NCBI RefSeq assembly: GCF_003324675.1
Contig: NZ_CP030918.1
Location: 630,001 to 662,000, forward strand
Direction of reading: 5' to 3'
Source of the DNA: Paracoccus suum
Lineage (GTDB): Bacteria; Pseudomonadota; Alphaproteobacteria; Rhodobacterales; Rhodobacteraceae
Length of the DNA: 32,000 nt
Each line of letters begins with the position of its first letter. The stretch's first letter is position 1. The position numbers and the translations under genes are program-made. Below the pieces are notes generated by a model, which saw only the letters and a program-made list of their open reading frames with translations, ran no database searches and was not told the DNA's origin. Below, piece after piece: positions 1 to 8,012 of the stretch.

Positions 1-419
1 AGGTCATAGGCCTTGCGATCCGCCATCGGCCCTGTCTCGCCATAACCCGAGATCGAGCAGACGATCAGTCGCGGAAAGTCGGCCGCGAGCCGCTCGAAGC
101 CAAAGCCCAGCCGCGCGAGCGCACCCGGCTTGAGGTTCTGGACTAGGACGTCGGCGCCCGCCAGCAGGCCCTCCAGCCGCTGCTTGTGCTCGGCGCGCGT
201 CAAGTCGAGCGCCAGCGATTCCTTGCCGCGGTTCAGCCACACGAAGTAGCTGGCCTGACCCTTGGCGACATCGTCATAACCGCGCGCGAAATCGCCTTCG
301 GGCCGCTCGACCTTGATGACCCGGGCGCCGGCATCGGCAAGGCGCGACGTGGCAAAGGGCGCGGCCACGGCCTGCTCGATGGCAATGACAGTCAGCCCAT
401 CCAGGGGCAGCGTGGCCAT
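1..419 (-). CDS. Family III (CaiB/BaiF-type) CoA-transferase, N-terminal 139 codons; the gene continues past the window start
   Basis: Absent from the ORF track because it is open-ended. My reverse translation from ATG 419-417 gives MATLPLDGLTVIAIEQAVAAPFATSRLADAGARVIKVERPEGDFARGYDDVAKGQASYFVWLNRGKESLALDL..., a typical N-terminus for family III CoA-transferases. The ATG shares one nucleotide with the upstream TGA (TGATG). Confidence 0.8.
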   Translation of the reverse strand, partial: MATLPLDGLTVIAIEQAVAAPFATSRLADAGARVIKVERPEGDFARGYDDVAKGQASYFVWLNRGKESLALDLTRAEHKQRLEGLLAGADVLVQNLKPGALARLGFGFERLAADFPRLIVCSISGYGETGPMADRKAYD

Positions 420-1579
420 CAAAAGCTCCTCGGCAGGCCGAGCATGTGTTCAGCGACGTAGGACAGGATCAGGTTGGTCGAGATTGGCGCGACCTGGTAA
501 AGGCGCGTTTCGCGGAACTTGCGCTCGATGTCATATTCGCAGGCAAAGCCGAAACCGCCGTGGAATTGCAGGCAGGCATTCGCCGCCTCCCACGAGGCTT
601 TTGCCGCCAGGTATTTGGCCATGTTCGCCTGCGCGCCGCAGGGCAATTGCGCGTCATAAAGGCGGCATGCCTCGTAGCGCATCAGATTGGCGGCCTCGAT
701 TTCAATGAAGCTTTCGGCGATGGGGAATTGCACGCCCTGATTCTGGCCGATCGGACGGCCAAAAACGACGCGTTCCTTGACGTAATTAGTGACGCGGTCG
801 ATGAACCAATAACCGTCGCCGATGCATTCCGCGGCAATCAGCGCGCGTTCGGCATTCAGGCCGGTCAGGATGTATTTGAAGCCCTGACCCTCCTCGCCGA
901 TCAGGTTCTCCTCGGGGATTTCCAGGTTGTCAAAGAACAGCTCGTTGGTCTCGTGATTGACCATGTTCAGGATCGGGCGCACCTCCATGCCGGAGGCCAT
1001 GGCCGCCTTCACATCGACGATAAAGATAGACAGTCCTTCGGTTTTCTTGGCGACCTCGGCCAGCGGGGTGGTGCGCGCGAGCAGGATCATCAGGTCGGAA
1101 TGCTGCACCCGGCTGATCCACACCTTCTGGCCGTTGATGACATATCGGCCGTCCTTCTTGATGGCCGTGGTCTTGATCTTGGTCGTATCGGTTCCAGTCG
1201 TGGGTTCGGTCACGCCCATGGATTGCAGCCGCAATTCGCCGCTGGCGATCTTGGGCAGGTATTTCTCGCGCTGCGCCGGTGATCCGTGACGCACCAGCGT
1301 GTTCATGTTGTACATCTGGCCGTGGCAGGCCCCCGAATTGCCGCCGGCCCGGTTGATTTCCTCCATGATGACGCTCGCCTCAGTCAGGCCGAGGCCAGAT
1401 CCGCCGTATTCCTCGGGGATCAACGCAGCCATCCAGCCGGATTTCGTCAGGGCCTCGACGAATTCCTCGGGGTAGGCGCGAGCGAGGTCGACCTTGCGAT
1501 GATATTCGTCCGGGAATTGCGCGCAAAGGGCGCGCACGGCGTCACGGATCTCCTGATGGGCGTCGCTGCGATGATCCAT
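419..1579 (-). CDS. Acyl-CoA dehydrogenase (386 aa)
   Basis: The ORF 419..1636 translation has the ACAD fold pattern (GGSGLGLTEASVIMEEI, GVTEPTTGTDTT, YVINGQKVWIS, C-terminal FRETRLYQVAPISTNLILSYVAEH). I place the start at ATG 1579 (MDHRSDAHQEI) because GGAGGAG lies 4 nt upstream. The longer 405-aa start has no SD. Confidence 0.9.
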   Translation of the reverse strand: MDHRSDAHQEIRDAVRALCAQFPDEYHRKVDLARAYPEEFVEALTKSGWMAALIPEEYGGSGLGLTEASVIMEEINRAGGNSGACHGQMYNMNTLVRHGSPAQREKYLPKIASGELRLQSMGVTEPTTGTDTTKIKTTAIKKDGRYVINGQKVWISRVQHSDLMILLARTTPLAEVAKKTEGLSIFIVDVKAAMASGMEVRPILNMVNHETNELFFDNLEIPEENLIGEEGQGFKYILTGLNAERALIAAECIGDGYWFIDRVTNYVKERVVFGRPIGQNQGVQFPIAESFIEIEAANLMRYEACRLYDAQLPCGAQANMAKYLAAKASWEAANACLQFHGGFGFACEYDIERKFRETRLYQVAPISTNLILSYVAEHMLGLPRSF

Positions 1580-1631
1580 GCGCTCCTCCGGTTCTGCGTT
1601 GCCCGGCAAACTGCCCAAAGCCGAGCGATAC

Positions 1632-1645
1632 TTCAAATATATGAA
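1632..1645. promoter_or_regulatory. AT-only palindromic 14-mer TTCAAATATATGAA (dyad TTCA-N6-TGAA), copy 1; candidate operator or -10 core for the ACAD/CoA-transferase genes
   Basis: Read directly from the sequence. It lies in the 123-nt gap between the PrpD-like stop (1703) and the ACAD ATG (1579), 52 nt upstream of that ATG. An identical 14-mer occurs at 6889..6902. Confidence 0.5.
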
Positions 1646-1702
1646 TTCGATGGCCGTTAGAGCATCAGGCTATGACACGTTCAGAGTTTAAGGCGCTGCC
1701 AA

Positions 1703-3058
1703 TCAGGCCAATACCTGCCGGACGCACGCGCCCTGCCCTAGGCTGGCCAGCCGTTCCAGCCATTCACCATCGGCACCGTTCAGGACCGGCGCCGTCAGCG
1801 ACCGGAATTTGGCTGCCAGCGCAGCGGCATCGGGGAAGGTCTCCGGCTCGCCCGACGGATCGGGGATGCGCAGGTGATGCACTGCGCCATCGGCCCGCAC
1901 CTCGAGCGTTGCGCCGAACGGGTGGCGCAGCCCCTCCAGCGATGGGTCGCGCCAGACATCCACCCGCCCGGCAAGCGCCTCGGCCTCCGCATCGCCCAGC
2001 AGATCGTAATCGTCCCAGCCGAAGCGGCCCCGCAGCAGCGCAACTGCCGCGGTGAAGGGCATCGCGAACTGGCCCGCGACGATGCTGCGTGCACGCTGCT
2101 TTTCCGCCAGCGGCGCGCCGACAAGCGCGATGCCGTTGCGGTGCAGGCCAACCCGAACCGCCGTCACTTGATCTGGCGTCCAGCCATGCGTCCGCTGCAG
2201 GGCGAGCAGTCCGTCAACGGCGGCATGTGTATAGCGGCAAGCGGGATAGGGTTTCACGCCGATGCGCAGAGTCTCCCACACCGTGCCTAGATCGGCGGTC
2301 GCGCGCAGCGGCTGGGCGCCGTCGCTGTAGCCTTTAAGAAAGCCATGCGTGCCCTCCAGCGCCTCGGTCGCGCCGCGGAAACCCTCGGCCGCGAGGGTGG
2401 CCGCCATCAGGCCTTTCATCGCCGCCTCGCCCACCTGGTAGCGCTTGTTCCAGGCGCCATTTTCCAGGAACTGCAGCGAGCCGGAGGCTTGGCTCGCCGC
2501 GATGCCGAAGGCCGAGACCATCGCCTCTGGCGACAGCCCCAGCAGCCGGCCCGCCGCCGCTGCCGCGCCGAAGGTGCCGGCCGTCGCCGTGGGGTGAAAC
2601 CCGCGTGCGTAATGCGCGGTCGGGTCAAGCGCCATGCCGAGGCGGCAGCAGACCTCGAAGCCGATGACGGTGGCGACCAGCAGTTCTTGCCCGGTGGCAT
2701 CCGTCAGCTCCGCCGCGGCCAGTGGCGCCGGCACCACGGGCGCACTCGGGTGCAGCGAGCTATCGGAATGGGTGTCGTCGAAATCCAGCGAGTGGCCGAA
2801 GGCGCCGTTCAGCAGTGCGGCCGCCCCTGCGCCAAAGCGGCGCTGCAGGCCCAGGACGGTGCAATCGCCCCCGCCGGCAAGCCCCAGCCGGTCCAGCATC
2901 GCAAGCATGGCCGGGCTGGAAGCGCTGTCGTTCGACGCACGGATGGCCGAGCCGGCCAGATCGGTCACCAGCGCCAGCGCCCTCGTGGTAACTTCCCGGG
3001 GAATCGTGGCGGCCGGCGTCAGGACGCTGAAATCGGCCAGGGTTCGCGTGATGGTCAT
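1703..3058 (-). CDS. MmgE/PrpD family protein (2-methylcitrate dehydratase-like), 451 aa
   Basis: This is the C-terminal 451 aa of track ORF 1703..4063. Start MTITRTLADFS at ATG 3058, preceded by AAGGGG. It contains GHSLDFDDTH and HPTATAGTFGAAAAAG, typical of the MmgE/PrpD family. The upstream 335 aa of the track ORF is a low-complexity read-through antisense to the LysR gene. Confidence 0.85.
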   Translation of the reverse strand: MTITRTLADFSVLTPAATIPREVTTRALALVTDLAGSAIRASNDSASSPAMLAMLDRLGLAGGGDCTVLGLQRRFGAGAAALLNGAFGHSLDFDDTHSDSSLHPSAPVVPAPLAAAELTDATGQELLVATVIGFEVCCRLGMALDPTAHYARGFHPTATAGTFGAAAAAGRLLGLSPEAMVSAFGIAASQASGSLQFLENGAWNKRYQVGEAAMKGLMAATLAAEGFRGATEALEGTHGFLKGYSDGAQPLRATADLGTVWETLRIGVKPYPACRYTHAAVDGLLALQRTHGWTPDQVTAVRVGLHRNGIALVGAPLAEKQRARSIVAGQFAMPFTAAVALLRGRFGWDDYDLLGDAEAEALAGRVDVWRDPSLEGLRHPFGATLEVRADGAVHHLRIPDPSGEPETFPDAAALAAKFRSLTAPVLNGADGEWLERLASLGQGACVRQVLA

Positions 3059-3132
3059 TGGCTGCCCCTTCTGGATGCGCCGGTGATCAGGACGGCAATG
3101 GCCGCCACTTGTCCAATAGGGCTTCGACAGGC

Positions 3133-3157
3133 GCGCCATAACATTCTGGCATGGCGC
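3133..3157. promoter_or_regulatory. Interrupted dyad GCGCCAT-N11-ATGGCGC (contains T-N11-A) centred in the divergent PrpD-like/LysR intergenic region; candidate LysR-type binding site
   Basis: Perfect 7-bp arms at 3133-3139 and 3151-3157 with an 11-nt spacer. The centre (3145) is almost exactly midway between the two divergent start codons (3058 and 3230). Confidence 0.4.
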
Positions 3158-3229
3158 CGCAGGCAATCCCTTGTTTGCCGTCAGGGTCGCCTTGTGCTTC
3201 CATGCCCTCTGCCTGCCGGGACCCCGCCG

Positions 3230-4189
3230 ATGATGGACCTTCGCCAGCTTCGCTATTTCATCGCCATTGCCGAGCAAGGCTCGTTCTCGCGGGCTGCGGT
3301 GGTGCTGCATGTCGCGCAGCCCGCCCTGTCGCTGCACGTGCGGAACATGGAGGCCGCCCTCGGCACCGCGCTGCTGGTGCGGACCCCGCGCGGGGTCGAG
3401 CTGACCGAGGCCGGCACCATCCTGTTGCGCCATGCACGCATCATCATGGACCAGATCACCGTCGCCGCCGAGGAGGTGCGCGGCCGCCATAGCGATCCCG
3501 CGGGCGACGTGCGCCTCGGCCTGCCCGGCACCATCGGCCAGATCCTTGCCGTGCCACTGATCACCGCCGCCAACCAGCGCTACCCGCGGATCAAGCTGCG
3601 CATCGCCGAGGCGATGAGCGGCTTTATCCTCGAATGGATGCGCGAAGGGCGGATCGATCTGGCGGTGCTTTACGGCCAGGCGGCCGAGCACGGCATCCGG
3701 ACCGAGCAGTTGCTGGACGAGCAGTTGCAGTTCTTTGGGCCCGCCGAGGGACTGCGGTCGGAGGTCCTGCCGCCGCCCCACAGCCCGCTGGCCTTTGCCG
3801 AGATCGCCCGCCTGCCGCTGATCCTGCCGGGCATCGGCCACGGGCTGCGTGACCTGCTCGGCCGCCATGCCCAGGTCCATCAGGTGGAACTGAACACCGT
3901 GATCGACGTCGAATCCTACAGCAACATCAAGGCACTGGTGGCCGAGGGGTTGGGCTATTCGATCCTGCCCGAGCACGCCATCGCGGCTGAGGTTGCGGAG
4001 GCGCGGCTGCGCAGCTGGCCGGTTGCCGCGCCGGGCATCACGCGCGGCATCTACCTCGCCCATTCCGCCAGCCGGCCGATGACCAGCGCCGTGTCAACCG
4101 TGCTCGCCCTGGCGCGCGAGACGCTGCACGACCTGGCCCGAACCGGCCGCTGGATCGGCGCAACCGAACCTGCCGACGCCGCCCGCTAA
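3230..4189 (+). CDS. LysR-family transcriptional regulator (319 aa)
   Basis: MMDLRQLRYFIAIAEQGSFSRAAVVLHVAQPALSLHVRNMEAALGTALLVRTPRGVELTEAG is a canonical LTTR winged-HTH, followed by a substrate-binding domain. It is divergent from the PrpD-like gene. The in-frame ATG at 3230 lies within track ORF 2345..4189. Confidence 0.9.
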   Translation: MMDLRQLRYFIAIAEQGSFSRAAVVLHVAQPALSLHVRNMEAALGTALLVRTPRGVELTEAGTILLRHARIIMDQITVAAEEVRGRHSDPAGDVRLGLPGTIGQILAVPLITAANQRYPRIKLRIAEAMSGFILEWMREGRIDLAVLYGQAAEHGIRTEQLLDEQLQFFGPAEGLRSEVLPPPHSPLAFAEIARLPLILPGIGHGLRDLLGRHAQVHQVELNTVIDVESYSNIKALVAEGLGYSILPEHAIAAEVAEARLRSWPVAAPGITRGIYLAHSASRPMTSAVSTVLALARETLHDLARTGRWIGATEPADAAR

Positions 4190-4203
4190 CCAGAGGGACA
4201 GCC

Positions 4204-5703
4204 ATGCCGGCCATCAGCGAAGAGGATGTGATCGCCAGCGTCTCGGACGCCTTGCAATTCATATCGTACTACCACCCGGCGGACTTCATCCGCGCCATGT
4301 CCGATGCGTGGCGGACCGAGGAGAGCCCGGCTGCCAAGGGGGCCATGGCCCAGATCCTGGTCAATTCGCGCATGGCCGCCCTCGGCCATCGCCCGATCTG
4401 CCAGGACACGGGCGTTGCCAACATCACCGCCCGCATCGGCGTTCGCGCGCGCCTCGACTGGGACCGGCCGCTGCAGCAGATCGTCGATGACGCCGTGCGC
4501 CGCGCGTGGCGCCAGAATGACAACCCGCTGCGTGCATCGGTCGTTGCCGACCCGCTCGGCCAAAGGCGCAACACCGGCGACAATGCCCCGGCCATGCTGC
4601 ATGTCGAGATGGTCGCGGGCGATCGCATCGCCTTTGACGTCTCGGCCAAGGGCGGCGGATCCGAGAACAAGTCCCGCTTTGCGGTCCTGAATCCCTCGGC
4701 TTCGGTCGCCGACTGGGTGGTCGAGGCCGTGGCCGGGATGGGCGCCGGCTGGTGCCCGCCGGGCATCCTCGGGGTGGGTATCGGCGGCAGCGTCGACAAG
4801 GCGATGGTCATGGCAAAGCAGGCCCTGAACGAGCCGCTCGACGCGCACCAGCTTCGCGCCCGCGGCGCCGCCACGCCGGAGGAGGAGCTGCGGCTGGAGT
4901 TGATCGACCGCATCAACGCCCTTGGAGTGGGGGCGCAGGGCCTTGGCGGGTTGACCACCGTGCTGGATGTCAAGGTGCGCAGCTTTCCGACCCATGCAGC
5001 CTCGCTGCCGGTTGCCGTCGTGCCGAACTGCGCGGCTACCCGGCATGTGCATTTCGAACTGGACGGTAGCGGCCCGGCGCGGCTGACGCCGCCCGATCTG
5101 TCCGACTGGCCCGAACTGGATTTCCGCGACGCCTGGCGCGATGCCCGACGCGTCGATCTGGACGGCCTGACCCGGGAGGAGATCGCCAGCTGGCAGCCCG
5201 GCGAGGCGCTGCTGCTGTCCGGCCGGATGCTGACCGGCCGCGACGCCGCCCATCGCCGCATCCAGCAGATGCTGGCCGCGGGCGAACTGCTGCCGGTCGA
5301 TTTTCGCGATCGCGCCATCTATTATGTTGGCCCGGTCGACCCCGTTGCGGGCGAGGTCGTTGGCCCCGCGGGTCCCACCACCTCCAGTCGAATGGACGGC
5401 TACAGCGACATGATGCTGGACCGCCTCGGGGTCGCGCTGATGATCGGCAAAGCCGAGCGCGGGCCGCAAACGCTGGACGCCATCGCCCGCAACGGCGCCG
5501 CCTACCTGATCGCGGTGGGCGGGGCGGCCTATCTCGTCTCACAGGCGATCCGAGAGGCCCGCGTGATCGCCTTTGCCGAGCTCGGGATGGAGGCGATTCA
5601 CGAATTCACCGTCAAGGATATGCCTGTCACCGTCGCCGTCGATGCGCGTGGCACCTCGGTCCATGTCACCGGCCCGAAGGCATGGCGCAGGCTCCCCGCC
5701 TGA
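4204..5703 (+). CDS. Class I (Fe-S) fumarate hydratase / mesaconase-type hydro-lyase, fused alpha+beta, 499 aa
   Basis: Motifs HRPICQDTGV, AKGGGSENKS, GMGAGWCPPG, VPNCAATRH and GPAGPTTSSRMD, plus the 499-aa length, match the fused single-chain class I fumarase/tartrate dehydratase family. GAGGGA lies 5 nt before the ATG, and the gene starts 14 nt after the LysR stop. Confidence 0.9.
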   Translation: MPAISEEDVIASVSDALQFISYYHPADFIRAMSDAWRTEESPAAKGAMAQILVNSRMAALGHRPICQDTGVANITARIGVRARLDWDRPLQQIVDDAVRRAWRQNDNPLRASVVADPLGQRRNTGDNAPAMLHVEMVAGDRIAFDVSAKGGGSENKSRFAVLNPSASVADWVVEAVAGMGAGWCPPGILGVGIGGSVDKAMVMAKQALNEPLDAHQLRARGAATPEEELRLELIDRINALGVGAQGLGGLTTVLDVKVRSFPTHAASLPVAVVPNCAATRHVHFELDGSGPARLTPPDLSDWPELDFRDAWRDARRVDLDGLTREEIASWQPGEALLLSGRMLTGRDAAHRRIQQMLAAGELLPVDFRDRAIYYVGPVDPVAGEVVGPAGPTTSSRMDGYSDMMLDRLGVALMIGKAERGPQTLDAIARNGAAYLIAVGGAAYLVSQAIREARVIAFAELGMEAIHEFTVKDMPVTVAVDARGTSVHVTGPKAWRRLPA

Positions 5704-5764
5704 AGCGGAACGGCGCGGGCGTTGCCCCCCGACCAAAGCTGTGCGGAGGGGCAGGCTTAATGGG

Positions 5765-5792
5765 AAAAAGGGGCGCCGTAGTTGCGCGCCCC
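5765..5792 (-). terminator. Rho-independent terminator of dctP (may also stop the convergent fumarase transcript)
   Basis: On the minus strand: GGGGCGC-(9 nt loop)-GCGCCCC followed by TTTTT. The hairpin begins 4 nt after the dctP TAA (5799-5797). Confidence 0.75.
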
Positions 5793-5796
5793 GATC

Positions 5797-6807
5797 TTAC
5801 TGGGTTCCCAGCGCCTTATAGGTTTGCTGGATCAGGTCGGCGCCGATGCGGTTCGCCATCTTCTCATGGACCGGGCGCAGCACCTTGTACCATTCCGCGC
5901 GCTCGCCCTCGGTCATGTCGTGGAACTCGGTCTTGCCGGTATCACGCATGGCCTGCAGGGCGGTCGCGTTCTCCTCCTCGGCGATGCCATTGGCATAGGC
6001 GGTCGCCTCGGCCATGGCCTTGTCCAGGTTGGCGCGGACGTCATCCGGCAGGCCGTCCCAGAACTTCTTGTTCACGATCACGGCGTAGCCGATGTAGCCG
6101 TGGTTCGAGACATTGGCGTATTTCTGCACCTCATAGACACGCTGGGTATAGGTGTTCGACGGCGTGTTTTCGGTGCCGTCCACCACGCCGGTCTGCAGCG
6201 CCTGGTAGACCTCGCTGAAGGCCATCACCTGCGGCACGGCGCCCAGCGCCTGGAACTGCGCTTCGAGGATCTTCGAGGACTGGATGCGCATCTTCAGCCC
6301 CAGGAAATCATCAGGGTTCACGACGGGCGAGTTCGCGGTCATGATCTTGAAGCCGTTGTCCCAGTAGGCGAGGCCCTTGATGCCCTTGGCATCCAGCTTG
6401 GCCATCAGGCCCTTGCCGACATCGCCCTCGGTGATCTTGCGCAGATCAGCACTGTCCTTGAACAGCATCGGCAGATCAAACAGCTCGAACTCGGGGACGC
6501 CCAGCGGGCCGAACTTGGCCAGCGATGGGGCGAGCATCTGGACGGCGCCCAATTGCAGCGCCTCCATCTCTTCCTTGTCCTTGTAGAGTTGGCTGTTGGG
6601 GTAGATCTCTACCTTGACCTTGCCCTCGGTGTATTTCTCGGCGAGTTCCTTGAACTTTTCGGCGCCCTTGCCCTTGGGCGTGTCGGGCGCGACGACGTGG
6701 CTGAACTTGATCGTGATCTGGTCTTGGGCGGCGGCCGGTGCGGCCGACCAAAGCGCCATCATTGCGGCGATGCCCGCAGCCCTGGTCAGGTTGCGAAATT
6801 CGAACAT
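5797..6807 (-). CDS. dctP: TRAP-transporter periplasmic C4-dicarboxylate-binding protein DctP (336 aa with signal peptide)
   Basis: The protein (…IKFSHVVAPDTPKGKGAEKFKELAEKYT…YPNSQLYKDKEEMEALQLGAVQMLAPSLAKFGPLGV…WDNGFKIM…QSSKILEAQ…GAVPQVMAFSEVYQALQTGVVDGTENTPSN…) is, from memory, nearly collinear with R. capsulatus DctP. Signal peptide ends …AAPAAAQD. Start taken as MFEFRNL (ATG 6807), with GGAGGGGAGAGG immediately upstream. Confidence 0.9.
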   Translation of the reverse strand: MFEFRNLTRAAGIAAMMALWSAAPAAAQDQITIKFSHVVAPDTPKGKGAEKFKELAEKYTEGKVKVEIYPNSQLYKDKEEMEALQLGAVQMLAPSLAKFGPLGVPEFELFDLPMLFKDSADLRKITEGDVGKGLMAKLDAKGIKGLAYWDNGFKIMTANSPVVNPDDFLGLKMRIQSSKILEAQFQALGAVPQVMAFSEVYQALQTGVVDGTENTPSNTYTQRVYEVQKYANVSNHGYIGYAVIVNKKFWDGLPDDVRANLDKAMAEATAYANGIAEEENATALQAMRDTGKTEFHDMTEGERAEWYKVLRPVHEKMANRIGADLIQQTYKALGTQ

Positions 6808-6884
6808 GCCTCTCCCCTCCATGTCGGTTGGGCCGCGCGGTTCCCCCCGGCAGCCCTCATGACCGGATTGTCGGCGGTGGCGTG

Positions 6885-6906
6885 ATATTTCAAATATATG
6901 AAATAT
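6885..6906. promoter_or_regulatory. Extended palindrome ATATTTCA-AATATA-TGAAATAT containing copy 2 of TTCAAATATATGAA (6889-6902); candidate operator/promoter core for dctP
   Basis: Read directly from the sequence. Perfect 8-bp arms; located 81 nt upstream of the dctP ATG; the 14-mer is identical to the one at 1632-1645. Confidence 0.5.
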
Positions 6907-6939
6907 CTGGACGCCATAGCGATCAGCTATAACGTCCAG
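6907..6939 (-). terminator. Candidate argF terminator hairpin (CTGGACG..ATAGC-gatca-GCTAT..CGTCCAG)
   Basis: A 7+5 bp two-part stem lies 44 nt downstream of the argF stop. On the minus strand it is followed by the AT/U-rich palindrome AUAUUUCAUAUAUUU. This is not a canonical U-tract. Confidence 0.35.
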
Positions 6940-6982
6940 TCCAACTTCTGAGGCGTTGTTTTTTAAGAATTTTGGGGACGTT

Positions 6983-7909
6983 TCAGACCCCTAGGCACCA
7001 GCGCATCACGGCTTTTTGCGCGTGAAGGCGGTTTTCAGCCTCGTCCCAGACGACTGACTGCGGGCCGTCCATGACCGCGCTCGTGACCTCGTCATCGCGG
7101 TGCGCCGGAAGGCAATGCATGAACAGTGCGTCCGGGCCGGCCTGCGCCATCAGCGCCTCGTTGATCTGGTAGCCGCGCAGTTGATTGTGCCGCCGCTCGC
7201 GGGCCGAAACCGGATCGTGCATGCTGACCCAGGTGTCGGTTACCACCAGATCGGCGCCCTCGACGGCGCGGACGGGGTCGCGCTCGATCTCGGCACGCAC
7301 GCCCTGGGCGCGGGCGAAATCCATGAAGGCCGCCTCGGGGTCCAGCGGCGGCGGGCCGGTGAAGGTAAAGTCAAAGCCGAACTGTCCGGCCGCGCCGATC
7401 AGCGAATGGCAGGTGTTGTTGCCGTCCCCCGACCAGACCACCTTGCGCCCGGCGATCGGCCCGCGATGCTCTTCGAAGGTCAGCACGTCGGCCATGATCT
7501 GGCAGGGATGGGTGCGGTTGGTCAGCCCGTTGATGACCGGCACGGTGGCGTGCTCGGCCATCTCATGCAACGTCGCCTCCTCGAAGGTGCGGATCATGAT
7601 CAGGTCGACATAACGCGACAGCACGCGCGCGGTATCGGCGACTGTCTCGCCATGCCCCAGCTGCAGGTCGGCGCCGGACAGCACCATGGTCTGCCCGCCC
7701 ATCTGCCGCACCCCCAGGTCAAAGCTGATGCGCGTGCGGGTCGAGGGTTTTTCAAAGATCAGTGCGACCATGCGGTTGGCCAGCGGCTGCTCGGCGTCGG
7801 GCGTCGCCTTGGGTGCATCGCCGCGCGCGGCTTTCATCACTCGCGCGGCGTCGATCATCGACCGCAGGTCAGGCTTGGGTGTGGTGTGGATGTCGAGGAA
7901 ATTGGTCAT
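6983..7909 (-). CDS. argF: Ornithine carbamoyltransferase
   Basis: Motifs [16 protein letters not shown] and HCLPAHR, with a length of about 308 aa. I chose ATG 7909 (MTNFLDI). The track ORF begins 9 nt upstream at GTG 7918. Neither start has a strong SD, so the start is uncertain. Confidence 0.9.
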   Translation of the reverse strand: MTNFLDIHTTPKPDLRSMIDAARVMKAARGDAPKATPDAEQPLANRMVALIFEKPSTRTRISFDLGVRQMGGQTMVLSGADLQLGHGETVADTARVLSRYVDLIMIRTFEEATLHEMAEHATVPVINGLTNRTHPCQIMADVLTFEEHRGPIAGRKVVWSGDGNNTCHSLIGAAGQFGFDFTFTGPPPLDPEAAFMDFARAQGVRAEIERDPVRAVEGADLVVTDTWVSMHDPVSARERRHNQLRGYQINEALMAQAGPDALFMHCLPAHRDDEVTSAVMDGPQSVVWDEAENRLHAQKAVMRWCLGV

Positions 7910-8012
7910 ATCGGGCACTCTGCCGCCGCGGCGGCTGCGAAAACGTCAGGCGAGGGGGTCCGGCTGGCGTTCCCCTCGTCGCGGCTTTCGCGGCCTGCCC
8001 CGGCGCATCGGC

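Noticed and set aside
446-1282. 278-aa plus-strand ORF (and 957..1289, 1286..1660) overlapping the acyl-CoA dehydrogenase
   Set aside because: This is an antisense shadow ORF typical of high-GC DNA. The translation is Arg/Gly/Ala/Leu-rich with no recognisable family, whereas the opposite strand encodes a clear ACAD.
1703-4063. 786-aa minus-strand ORF suggesting a giant PrpD fusion
   Set aside because: Only the C-terminal 451 aa (from ATG 3058, which has an SD) are PrpD-like. The N-terminal part is low-complexity and antisense to a bona fide LysR gene.
4186-5469. 427-aa and 349-aa minus-strand ORFs across the fumarase gene
   Set aside because: Antisense shadows. They have no family signal and Arg/Ala/Gly-biased composition.
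5782-6885. 367-aa plus-strand ORF opposite dctP
   Set aside because: Antisense shadow of a very well supported dctP.
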